A stretch of 64,000 nucleotides of DNA from Bacilli bacterium (lineage in GTDB: Bacteria; Bacillota_I; Bacilli_A; RF39; UBA660): positions 12,107 to 76,106 of the forward strand of contig JAFRIU010000047.1 in assembly GCA_017432645.1 (NCBI GenBank), in the 5' to 3' direction. Every line of letters starts with the position of its first letter. Position 1 is the stretch's first letter. The notes under the pieces were generated by a model. The model saw nothing but the letters and a program-made list of their open reading frames with translations, had not been told where the DNA came from and ran no database searches. Positions 1 through 8,492 of this stretch are shown piece by piece. The position numbers and the translations under genes were made by a program.

Positions 1-1200
1 TGGAGTGTTGTTGCTTGTGATCAATATACATCGGAACCAGAGTACTGGAAAGAAGTAAATCAAATTGTTGGAGATAGTCCATCTACATTAAAATTAACTT
101 TACCAGAAATCTATCTAGAAGAAAAAGATGTAGAAAAAAGAATTCAAAATATCAATAAAAATATGCAACAAATGTTAGAAGAAAATATTTTTGATGAATA
201 TAAAGATTCTATGTTCTACATTGAAAGAACTCAATATGATGGAAAAATAAGAGAAGGACTAATCGGTATAGTAGACTTAGAGGATTATTCATTCGAAAAA
301 GGATCACAAACATTAATAAGAGCAACAGAAAAAACTGTTATTGAAAGAATTCCACCAAGAATGAAAGTAAGAGAAAATGCCCTACTAGAATTACCTCATA
401 TTATGATCTTAATAGATGATGATAAAAAAGAAATCATTGAAAACCTAAAAAATGAAGTAACGGAAAAAGACCTAGTATATGATTTTGATCTAATGCAAAA
501 AGGTGGTCATATAAAGGGATACCAATTAAGTAAAGGTAGTATCTCAACAATTACTGAAAAACTAGAAGCACTAGCAGATAAAGAGAACTTTGAAAAGAAA
601 TATAATATACAAGATAAAGGAGTTCTATTATTTGCCATGGGAGATGGAAACCATTCTCTTGCAACTGCTAAAGCTTGCTACGAAAAATTAAAAGAAAGCA
701 TGAAGGAAGAAGAATACTTAGATCATCCTGCTAGATATGCTCTAGTAGAATTAGTAAACCTTCATAGTAATGCCTTAGAATTCGAAGCAATCCATCGTGT
801 AGTATTTGATGTAGATGTAGATGATTTCATGAAAAACTTATATGAATACTATGATATAAATGAAGATGGAAATGGTCAAAAATTGGAACTAATTACTAAA
901 GATTTTGATAAAGCTCTTTATATTTCTAATCCAAAATCTAATATTGCCGTTGGTTCCATTCAAATATTCTTAGATGAATATTTCCAAAGTCATCCAGGAA
1001 AAATAGATTACATTCATGGAGAAGAAGTAACAAAAGAATTAGGTAGCAAAGAAAACAATATCGGAATCATTTTAGATGCCATGAAAAAAGAAGACTTATT
1101 CAAAACCGTTATCTTAGATGGTGCCTTACCTAGAAAAACATTTTCTATGGGACACAGTTATGACAAAAGATATTATTTAGAAGCTAGAAAAATCAAATAA
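1..1200 (+). CDS. DUF1015-family protein (5' partial; frame open to the window start)
   Basis: Frame 1 is open from nucleotide 1 (WSVVACDQYTSEPEYW...). The ACDQYTS and FAMGDGNHS motifs are typical of DUF1015. Confidence 0.6.
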   Translation, partial: WSVVACDQYTSEPEYWKEVNQIVGDSPSTLKLTLPEIYLEEKDVEKRIQNINKNMQQMLEENIFDEYKDSMFYIERTQYDGKIREGLIGIVDLEDYSFEKGSQTLIRATEKTVIERIPPRMKVRENALLELPHIMILIDDDKKEIIENLKNEVTEKDLVYDFDLMQKGGHIKGYQLSKGSISTITEKLEALADKENFEKKYNIQDKGVLLFAMGDGNHSLATAKACYEKLKESMKEEEYLDHPARYALVELVNLHSNALEFEAIHRVVFDVDVDDFMKNLYEYYDINEDGNGQKLELITKDFDKALYISNPKSNIAVGSIQIFLDEYFQSHPGKIDYIHGEEVTKELGSKENNIGIILDAMKKEDLFKTVILDGALPRKTFSMGHSYDKRYYLEARKIK

Positions 1201-1217
1201 CCTAAAGAGGTGAAAAT

Positions 1218-2414
1218 ATGAAAGAACGTCCATATAAAAAAATAACTATAACAAAAAAAGCTGAAAATTCGGTTTTACTAAATCATCCCTGGATATATGG
1301 AGAAGAAATAATACAAAAAGAAGAAATCAAAAATGGAGAAATCGTAGATGTCCTAAATAGCAAAGGAAAATATTTAGGAACAGGTTTTTATAATGATCAT
1401 TCTAAAATCACAGTACGCTTACTAAGTAGAAACACAAATGACACATTTGATTATGATTTTTTCAAAAGAAGAGTGAAATATGCTTATGATCTTCGAAAAC
1501 AAACTATTCAAGACTTAAACTCTTTTCGTTTAATCTATGGAGAAGCAGACGGTTTTCCTGGTCTAACAGTGGATAAGTTTAATGATGTCTTAGTTACCCA
1601 AACTCTATCTTTAGGGATAGAAACAAGAAAAGAAATGGTATTTAAAGCACTATTAGAAGTTCTACAAGAAGATCACATAAATATAAAAGGAATCTACGAA
1701 AGAAATGATGTAGATGTAAGAACCTTAGAAGGCCTAGAAAAATATAAAGGATGGTATCAAAATAAATCACTAGAAACCAGAACAGAAATTACAGAAAATG
1801 GTCTTCACTATATCGTAGACTTTGAAAACGGTCAAAAAACAGGTTACTTCTTAGACCAAAAATATAATCGCCTAAAAGTACGAGAGTTTGCGAAAGGAAA
1901 AACCGTCTTAGATTGTTGCACACATACTGGTTCTTTTGCTATGAATGCCTACTTAGGAGGAGCTTTAAAAGTAACGGCTCTAGATGTATCAGAAAAAGCA
2001 TTAGAAGATACCAAAACCAATTTTCAAAAGAATCATATGAATATAGAAACCATTTGCAAAGATGTTTTTGATTATTTAACAGAAATAGAAGGAAAGAAAC
2101 AATATGACTTTATTATTTTAGATCCTCCTGCTTTCACCAAATCTAGAAAAACCATTCATCAAGCACTAAAAGGATATGAAGAACTAAACTATTTAGCAAT
2201 GAAAGCACTACCAAGAGGAGGCCTTTTAGCAACAGCTTCCTGTTCTCACTTTGCAAAAGAAGAACGATTCAAAGAAGCTATCTGGAATGCGTCTAGAAAA
2301 GCAAATGTTTCTCTAAAACAAATATACGTAGCAGGACCTGCCCCCGACCATCCAGAACTAATTGGGGTCCCTGAAACAAAGTATTTAAAGTTTTTCATTT
2401 TTCAAGTAGTTTAA
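1218..2414 (+). CDS. class I SAM-dependent rRNA methyltransferase (RlmI/RlmK-like, PUA + MTase)
   Basis: RBS AGAGGTGA precedes the start. The N-terminal region is PUA-like. DCCTHTGSFAMNA and ILDPPAF match the SAM-MTase motifs of the RlmI family. Confidence 0.7.
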   Translation: MKERPYKKITITKKAENSVLLNHPWIYGEEIIQKEEIKNGEIVDVLNSKGKYLGTGFYNDHSKITVRLLSRNTNDTFDYDFFKRRVKYAYDLRKQTIQDLNSFRLIYGEADGFPGLTVDKFNDVLVTQTLSLGIETRKEMVFKALLEVLQEDHINIKGIYERNDVDVRTLEGLEKYKGWYQNKSLETRTEITENGLHYIVDFENGQKTGYFLDQKYNRLKVREFAKGKTVLDCCTHTGSFAMNAYLGGALKVTALDVSEKALEDTKTNFQKNHMNIETICKDVFDYLTEIEGKKQYDFIILDPPAFTKSRKTIHQALKGYEELNYLAMKALPRGGLLATASCSHFAKEERFKEAIWNASRKANVSLKQIYVAGPAPDHPELIGVPETKYLKFFIFQVV

Positions 2415-2423
2415 GGAGGGTAT

Positions 2424-2846
2424 ATGAATATTGTAAAAAAAGCAGGATGCATCTTAATCCGCCCAAAAGAAAAAACAGTAGCTCTAGTCTATCGGGAAAA
2501 GCAAAAAGATTATTCTTTTCCAAAGGGTCATTTAGAAGAAAAGGAAACACTAGAAGAATGTGCCATACGAGAAACAGCTGAAGAAACAAAAAGAGATTGT
2601 ACTTTTCTAGAAAAAGAGCCAATCTACATAGACCACTACACAACTCCAAAAGGAGAAAACGTAGAACTATATTATTATCTCAGCCAAGATATAGGCCCTA
2701 GTGATAATGATAGTAAAGACACTCATCCAACATTCTGGGTTCCTTTTCAAGAAGTACAAAGCAAACTATCTTATCCAAGTCTTCAAAGCACTTGGAACCA
2801 TGTCAAAGAAAAAGTACAAAAGTATCTAGAAAAGGACAACAACTAG
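2424..2846 (+). CDS. NUDIX hydrolase
   Basis: RBS AAGGAGGG precedes the start. The Nudix box is GHLEEKETLEECAIRETAEETK. Confidence 0.8.
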   Translation: MNIVKKAGCILIRPKEKTVALVYREKQKDYSFPKGHLEEKETLEECAIRETAEETKRDCTFLEKEPIYIDHYTTPKGENVELYYYLSQDIGPSDNDSKDTHPTFWVPFQEVQSKLSYPSLQSTWNHVKEKVQKYLEKDNN

Positions 2847-2852
2847 CAAAAC

Positions 2853-2881
2853 TTGATTTTTCAAGCATTTTGTGGTATAAT
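2853..2881 (+). promoter_or_regulatory. sigma70-type promoter (TTGATT, 17 nt spacer, TGgTATAAT)
   Basis: Consensus-like -35 and extended -10 with exact 17-nt spacing, upstream of a ~150-nt leader. Confidence 0.55.
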
Positions 2882-2964
2882 AAACATCGTTAAATGGGAG
2901 TAGTCCTTAAATGTATTATGTCGTCAAGCGCTATAATATAGCCGATATAATAGAGATTTTCTTG

Positions 2965-3006
2965 GACGAGACTTTAACTATAAAGGTCTCGTCTTTTACT
3001 TTTTAT
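2965..3006 (+). terminator. intrinsic terminator/attenuator hairpin inside the 5' leader of the 3043 gene
   Basis: GACGAGAC, a 13-nt loop, GTCTCGTC, then TTTTACTTTTTAT. It lies between the promoter and the RBS (AAGGAGAG) of the downstream CDS. Confidence 0.5.
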
Positions 3007-3042
3007 CGAGATCTTTATAAAAATTATAAGGAGAGTGATAAA

Positions 3043-3480
3043 ATGGAAAAAGTAACTGTATTTTTAGGGGGAACTTGTGCAGACTCCACTTGGAGAGAAG
3101 AATTAATTCCTCAGTTAGAAGAACACGTTGAAGTTTTCAACCCTCAACTACCTGAAGGAGCATGGAACGAAGAAGCACAAAAAGTAGAAGATTACCATAG
3201 AGAAACAGATGATATCTGTTTATATGTAATCACTCCGGAAGGAGAAGGTTTCTATAGCTTCGTTGAAGTAACAGACGATAGCAATAAAAGACCTGAAAGA
3301 ACAATTTTATGCGTACTAGAAAGTGCAAATGGAAAGACATTTGAAAAGCATGTTAAAAAGTGTGCTTTAAAAACAATGTCATTAGTAGCTAAAAATGGTG
3401 TAAAAGTATTTGACAGTCTAGAAGATGTAGCTGCTTATTTAAACCAATTGCAGTTCGGCGACGAACCTCGTACCAAATAA
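3043..3480 (+). CDS. nucleoside 2-deoxyribosyltransferase-like protein
   Basis: Strong RBS AAGGAGAGTGATAAA-ATG. The N-terminus VTVFLGGTCADSTWR resembles the IYLAGP...W motif of the NDT-like family. The ORF-track start at 2911 would add a non-conserved 44-aa extension. Confidence 0.45.
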   Translation: MEKVTVFLGGTCADSTWREELIPQLEEHVEVFNPQLPEGAWNEEAQKVEDYHRETDDICLYVITPEGEGFYSFVEVTDDSNKRPERTILCVLESANGKTFEKHVKKCALKTMSLVAKNGVKVFDSLEDVAAYLNQLQFGDEPRTK

Positions 3481-3532
3481 AAAATCAATTTCATATGAAA
3501 TTGACCCAAATTACCCAAAAATTACCCAAAAA

Positions 3533-3563
3533 GTAGTAAGCAAAAACTTACTACTTTTATTTT
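3533..3563. terminator. bidirectional intrinsic terminator between convergent genes
   Basis: GTAGTAAG, loop caaaaa, CTTACTAC, then a T-run. The A-rich side serves as the T-run for the minus-strand GNAT gene. Confidence 0.55.
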
Positions 3564-3970
3564 CTAATCCAAAGATAAACCCCGTCTTGATTCTCAGGTT
3601 TATACTTTAATCCACACTTAATATAAAAATCACGATTTTGATGAGTGGGACTAGCCTCTAATTGAAAGCACTCCCCTTCTAAAACACTCTCACTCAAAGT
3701 ATGAATTAAAGAGGTAACGATAAGTTTTCCAACTCCTTGATGTTGATAATCTTTAGAAACCATAATATCTGTAAGCATTCCTTTTAAAGCATGATCCCCA
3801 ACAATTCTACCAACACCAATGCAAAAATCTCCATCAAAAACACTAATATTAATCATAGATCCATCGATTGCCTTCTGAACTAAGGATAAAGGAATATCAT
3901 TCCATTCTAATTCCTTTCGAATTCGAACAAAATCCTCTACTCGAATAAAATCTTTTACTACAAAACCCAT
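3557..3970 (-). CDS. GNAT family N-acetyltransferase
   Basis: The acetyl-CoA motif QHQGVGKLIV and the overall GNAT pattern. Confidence 0.75.
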   Translation of the reverse strand: MGFVVKDFIRVEDFVRIRKELEWNDIPLSLVQKAIDGSMINISVFDGDFCIGVGRIVGDHALKGMLTDIMVSKDYQHQGVGKLIVTSLIHTLSESVLEGECFQLEASPTHQNRDFYIKCGLKYKPENQDGVYLWIRK

Positions 3971-3985
3971 AATACCTCCTATAAT

Positions 3986-5905
3986 TTATGGAAGAAGATA
4001 CCAATAATAATTATTTTCCATAATCAACTTACTAATATTCAATCGATTATTAACCAACTGATTTACTTTTTCAACATATCCATCTTCCACAGTACCATTT
4101 GGTACAAATTCATTACTAGGAGCATAATATATTCCTTTATTAGTAATCCAACTTCTATCAGCTAAAATTGCAATTCCAAATGAAGTAGAGAAAATATCCT
4201 TTCCAGTAAATAATCGAGAATCATAATCTAATCCAAATAAATTATAAACCGTTGGAATAACATCAACAGGCATACATGGCTTGTCGATTGTAGTCGTCTC
4301 TAACTTAGAATTCCAAAGAATTAAAGAATTATGCGTAATACCAATCTCATCTCTAGGATAAGAAGATAACTCATTAATTGCATCAACATCTAATCCATAA
4401 GGATAGTGATCTGCCATCAACACAATGACAGTCTTATCAAGTTTTCCAGCCTCATCCAATCTCTCAAGAAGTCTATTTAATGCCTGATCTAATTCAATTT
4501 GTGTCGCAACATAAGCCTTAGCTCCTTCGGATTTATCCATAGCCTCGACATACTCTCTATTTTTAGAAGAAATAGAATTTCCTACAAACGTATAACCAAA
4601 ATGTCCAGATACCGTCATATAATAAGCTAGAAAAGGCTTATCACTATTAATATAATCATCCACAGTAACCGATATCATTTCATCATCACTCTGAGGCCAT
4701 CTTCCACAATTCATTCGCTTTTCCAACCCGTTATAGCAAGCTAAAAAGTTCGTAAATCCTTGACTGGCAAGATATTGATTTCGATCCTGAAAAACATAAG
4801 AATTATTATGATAAGCATACGTATAATAACCTTCTTTTTGGAACATATTCGCAAGTCCATAAGGGAAAGCATTTCCTCCACTTCTCCAACGAGATAAAAT
4901 AGCATAATCCGGATATAAACCCGTTAAGGATTGAAACTCTCCACCTATCGTAGATAAATTATTAGGCGTATAAAAATTCTCAAAAACAAAACCACTATGC
5001 GTTAAACGATATAGAGTTGGTGTTAAAGACGGATCCACACCAATCTCACTAAAAGCCTCTGCTGTAATATAAATTAAGTTATAATCCTTAAACATTCCTG
5101 TATACTCATTTTGAAGAGTAGCTTCATCATTTTGAACATAAGAATGAATCATTTGAACAGTAGGATTATCTGTCTCACGAAAAGAAAGATCTAACTTATT
5201 CTCCTTATAAGAAATCAATTCTTCTTTCTCTTCTTCTTCAATAGAAACCGCTTTTATGTTTTTAGGAGAAAAACCAAACAAAAGTCTTCTAACCTCCAAC
5301 TGATAACTATTAAGGACTCCTAATCTCTTAATACTTAAAGAAATATTATTAACGTTCTCATAAAGATCATACGTACTATAATTATCATGCTTAGTAAGTC
5401 CAACAAAAAGGAAAAAGGCACCAACTACCAGTAGAAAACTACAAAACAAACAAACAAGTCCTTTCCAAGAAAAACGTTCAAAAGAAATCTTTTTTCTAAA
5501 AACAAGATACAAAATAAAAGGTAATAAGAAAACTAAAATATAAAAACTATTTTTCAAAATCAACCGAATAGCGTCTGACAAGAAATCTTTTAATTGATCC
5601 TGCAAAGCAAAATTATATAGAGAAAAATAAACCTTAAAAATAAGATAAAAAACTCCCTGTAGAGAAAATAATACACCTAATAAAAACAAAACGATAGAAT
5701 GAAAAATAACATTTCCCTTCTCACGAAAGATAAAAGAAATCATAGTAAGTATTTGAGAAATAAGAACCGTAGAAAAAAGAATATTAATACATAATTGCCA
5801 ACTAATCGTCTTTGAAATAAAAAGAATAAACATCATTTCTAAACAAAAAATACAAACAAACCAAAAAAGACTTTTCTTTCCTATATTTTTCAAGTCTAGT
5901 CTCAT
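3986..5905 (-). CDS. LTA synthase family protein (LtaS-like sulfatase-domain phosphoglycerol transferase)
   Basis: Five N-terminal TM segments, then an extracellular sulfatase-type domain (YYMTVSGH, LMADHYPYG). Confidence 0.75.
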   Translation of the reverse strand: MRLDLKNIGKKSLFWFVCIFCLEMMFILFISKTISWQLCINILFSTVLISQILTMISFIFREKGNVIFHSIVLFLLGVLFSLQGVFYLIFKVYFSLYNFALQDQLKDFLSDAIRLILKNSFYILVFLLPFILYLVFRKKISFERFSWKGLVCLFCSFLLVVGAFFLFVGLTKHDNYSTYDLYENVNNISLSIKRLGVLNSYQLEVRRLLFGFSPKNIKAVSIEEEEKEELISYKENKLDLSFRETDNPTVQMIHSYVQNDEATLQNEYTGMFKDYNLIYITAEAFSEIGVDPSLTPTLYRLTHSGFVFENFYTPNNLSTIGGEFQSLTGLYPDYAILSRWRSGGNAFPYGLANMFQKEGYYTYAYHNNSYVFQDRNQYLASQGFTNFLACYNGLEKRMNCGRWPQSDDEMISVTVDDYINSDKPFLAYYMTVSGHFGYTFVGNSISSKNREYVEAMDKSEGAKAYVATQIELDQALNRLLERLDEAGKLDKTVIVLMADHYPYGLDVDAINELSSYPRDEIGITHNSLILWNSKLETTTIDKPCMPVDVIPTVYNLFGLDYDSRLFTGKDIFSTSFGIAILADRSWITNKGIYYAPSNEFVPNGTVEDGYVEKVNQLVNNRLNISKLIMENNYYWYLLP

Positions 5906-5985
5906 TTTTTCACCTTCTCTTCACTATTATATTATAGCACAAGATAAAAAAATAGTAGGAGCTAAAAAAAGAAAAAAATGTCTGG

Positions 5986-6014
5986 TTGCAGATACAATTT
6001 TTGATGTGTATAAT
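5986..6014 (+). promoter_or_regulatory. sigma70-type promoter (TTGCAG, 17 nt spacer, TGtgTATAAT) for the P-type ATPase
   Basis: -35 and -10 hexamers with canonical spacing about 35 nt upstream of RBS AAGGAAGG. Confidence 0.45.
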
Positions 6015-6048
6015 AATACTAGAAATATGTAATAAGGAAGGCGATCAT

Positions 6049-8415
6049 ATGGAGGATGATTTATTTGGACTAACGGAAGAAGAAGCAGTGAAATTAGAAG
6101 AAGAAGGAAAAAACAATTTCTTAGTTTTTCCTCCGTCTAAAACAAAAGAACAAATTATTAAAGAAAATGTATTCACTTATTTCAATTTTGTTTTTGCATT
6201 TCTAGCAATCCTACTAATCTGCGTTGGTTCTTTTAAACATTTAAACTTTTTACCTGTACTAATAGCCAATGCACTAATCGGTATCTTCCAGGAATTAAAA
6301 GCAAAAAAAATACTAGATCAATTACAAATGCTAAACGTACCTATCGCAAAAGTAGTAAGAGAAGGAAAAGCCTATGATATTCCAACTGAAAATCTAGTAT
6401 TAGGAGACATTGTAGAATTCTCATCAGGAAATCAAATCTGTGCGGATGCCATAATTATAAAAGGAAAAGTATCCGTAAACGAATCTCTATTAACAGGAGA
6501 ATCAGATGAAATCAAAAAAGAAAAAGATGATGAACTTCTATCAGGAAGCTACATTGTCTCTGGAAAGTGTTATGCACGTCTTACAAAAGTAGGAGCAGAC
6601 TCTTATATCTCCAGACTTACTCTACAAGCCAAAAGAGAAAAAAATAAAGAACAGTCTGAAATCGTTCGTTCCCTAAATAAAATCATGCGTGTAGCTGGCT
6701 TTGTCATTATCCCTATTGGTATCACCCTATTTTATCAATCCTTCTTTATAAATAAGGAAACCATTCAAGAAAGTGTTCAATCTATGGTAGCTTCCGTAAT
6801 GGGAATGATTCCAGAAGGATTATTCTTACTTTGTAGTGTAACTCTAGCACTAAGTGCTGCTAAATTAGCAAAAAAGAAAGTAATGCTACATGATATGAAA
6901 TCCATTGAAACACTTGCTCGAGTAGATGTTTTATGTGTAGATAAAACAGGAACCATCACAAATAATGATATGAAAGTACTAGACTTTGAAGTACTAGATA
7001 ATACAGATAGAGATGAGGCTTATCAAATTCTTAGTAACTTTGCAAAAGCTCAAGATAAAGACAACATTACCATGAAAGCTTTTCAGGAATTCTTTCACAG
7101 AAGTGCAACCGAAAAGCCGGAAAGTGTTATTAGCTTTTCATCTGAATTCAAATACAGTGGAGTAAATTTTGAAAGCAATAACTATGTATTAGGAGCTCCT
7201 GAATTCATTTTAAAAGAAGATTATAAAAACTATAAAAATCAAATAGAAACATACAGTAAAAGAGGTTATCGAGTAACCGTTTTTGGAACCTATCCAGAAG
7301 AGATAGATGGAAAGAAATTAACTAAAAGCATTACTCCTATGGCACTCATTTTCCTATCCAATCCAATCAGAGAAAATGCCAAAGAAACATTTGAATACTT
7401 CTATGAACAAGGAGTAGAAATCAAAGTCATCTCAGGAGATAATCCTATTACTGTTAGTGAAATTGCCAAAGAAGCCAATATTCATAATGCAGAAAAATAT
7501 ATAGATGCCACAACCCTAACCAGTGAAATAGATATTCAAAATGCAGTAGAAAACTACACAGTTTTCGGCCGTGTTACCCCAGATCAAAAAAGAAAGTTTA
7601 TCAAAGCTCTTCAGAAAAAAGGTCATACAGTAGCAATGACTGGAGACGGTGTAAATGACGTTCTAGCACTAAAAGACGCAGACTGCTCTATCGCCATGGC
7701 AAGCGGTAGTCAAGCAGCCTGTGAAGCAGCACAAGTAGTATTACTAGAATCAGATTTCTCTACCATGCCAGAAGTAGTACATGAAGGAAGAAAAGTAGTA
7801 AATAACCTAGAAAGATCTGGAAGCCTATTCTTAGTAAAAAACATCTTCTCTTTCCTTACTTCTGTATTGGCTATCTATTTTGGAATTAAATATCCGCTAA
7901 ATCCTTCTCAGATAAACTTAATTGGAGTGTTTACCATCGGAATTCCTGCATTCTTCTTATCACAAATTCCAAATAAAGATATCATTCATGGACACTTCAT
8001 CACAAATATTATCCGTAAAGCAATCCCTGGAGGAATTACTGATACCATCATGGTATGTAGTATGACCGCCTTTGGTTTAGTGTTTGGAATCACTTCTGAT
8101 GATATTTCTACTTCATCTACCATCCTACTATCTATCATCGGACTCATGGTATTATTCAGTATTAGTAAGCCAATGAATCGTTACAAATGGGGGATTCTAA
8201 TTGGAAGTACTCTTGCCATTGTAGCATCCTTCCTTTACTTCAAAGATTTCTTTGGCATTTCCGATCATATGACACTACAAGGAATTCTTTTATGCGCAAA
8301 CTTCTCCATTATGACAGAAGCCATGTTTAGATACGTATCAGGAGTATTCAATTTTATAGAAAAATCCGTAGAAAAAATGAAGAAAAAAAGAAATAAGAAA
8401 AAGAAAAAAATGTAG
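6049..8415 (+). CDS. cation-transporting P-type ATPase (HAD-IC superfamily)
   Basis: Phosphorylation motif DKTGTIT, hinge motif MTGDGVNDVLALKDAD, TGES, and 8-10 TM segments. The start is moved to the MEDDLF ATG, which has an RBS. Confidence 0.8.
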   Translation: MEDDLFGLTEEEAVKLEEEGKNNFLVFPPSKTKEQIIKENVFTYFNFVFAFLAILLICVGSFKHLNFLPVLIANALIGIFQELKAKKILDQLQMLNVPIAKVVREGKAYDIPTENLVLGDIVEFSSGNQICADAIIIKGKVSVNESLLTGESDEIKKEKDDELLSGSYIVSGKCYARLTKVGADSYISRLTLQAKREKNKEQSEIVRSLNKIMRVAGFVIIPIGITLFYQSFFINKETIQESVQSMVASVMGMIPEGLFLLCSVTLALSAAKLAKKKVMLHDMKSIETLARVDVLCVDKTGTITNNDMKVLDFEVLDNTDRDEAYQILSNFAKAQDKDNITMKAFQEFFHRSATEKPESVISFSSEFKYSGVNFESNNYVLGAPEFILKEDYKNYKNQIETYSKRGYRVTVFGTYPEEIDGKKLTKSITPMALIFLSNPIRENAKETFEYFYEQGVEIKVISGDNPITVSEIAKEANIHNAEKYIDATTLTSEIDIQNAVENYTVFGRVTPDQKRKFIKALQKKGHTVAMTGDGVNDVLALKDADCSIAMASGSQAACEAAQVVLLESDFSTMPEVVHEGRKVVNNLERSGSLFLVKNIFSFLTSVLAIYFGIKYPLNPSQINLIGVFTIGIPAFFLSQIPNKDIIHGHFITNIIRKAIPGGITDTIMVCSMTAFGLVFGITSDDISTSSTILLSIIGLMVLFSISKPMNRYKWGILIGSTLAIVASFLYFKDFFGISDHMTLQGILLCANFSIMTEAMFRYVSGVFNFIEKSVEKMKKKRNKKKKKM

Positions 8416-8492
8416 ATACCAATCTACATTTTTTATTGGATAAGAATCTTTACTTTTTACCATTGATTTTCTATAATGATAATGGTGGTAGT

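Noticed and set aside
2395-2649. 84-aa minus-strand ORF
   Set aside because: It is antisense to the rlmI-like and NUDIX genes and encodes low-complexity L/F-rich sequence.
2911-3042. 44-aa N-terminal extension of the NDT-like ORF
   Set aside because: It is not family-like and contains a terminator hairpin. The internal ATG at 3043 has a much stronger RBS. It is kept only as the alternative in the leader finding.
6777-6959. 60-aa minus-strand ORF inside the P-type ATPase gene
   Set aside because: It is antisense within a well-supported CDS.
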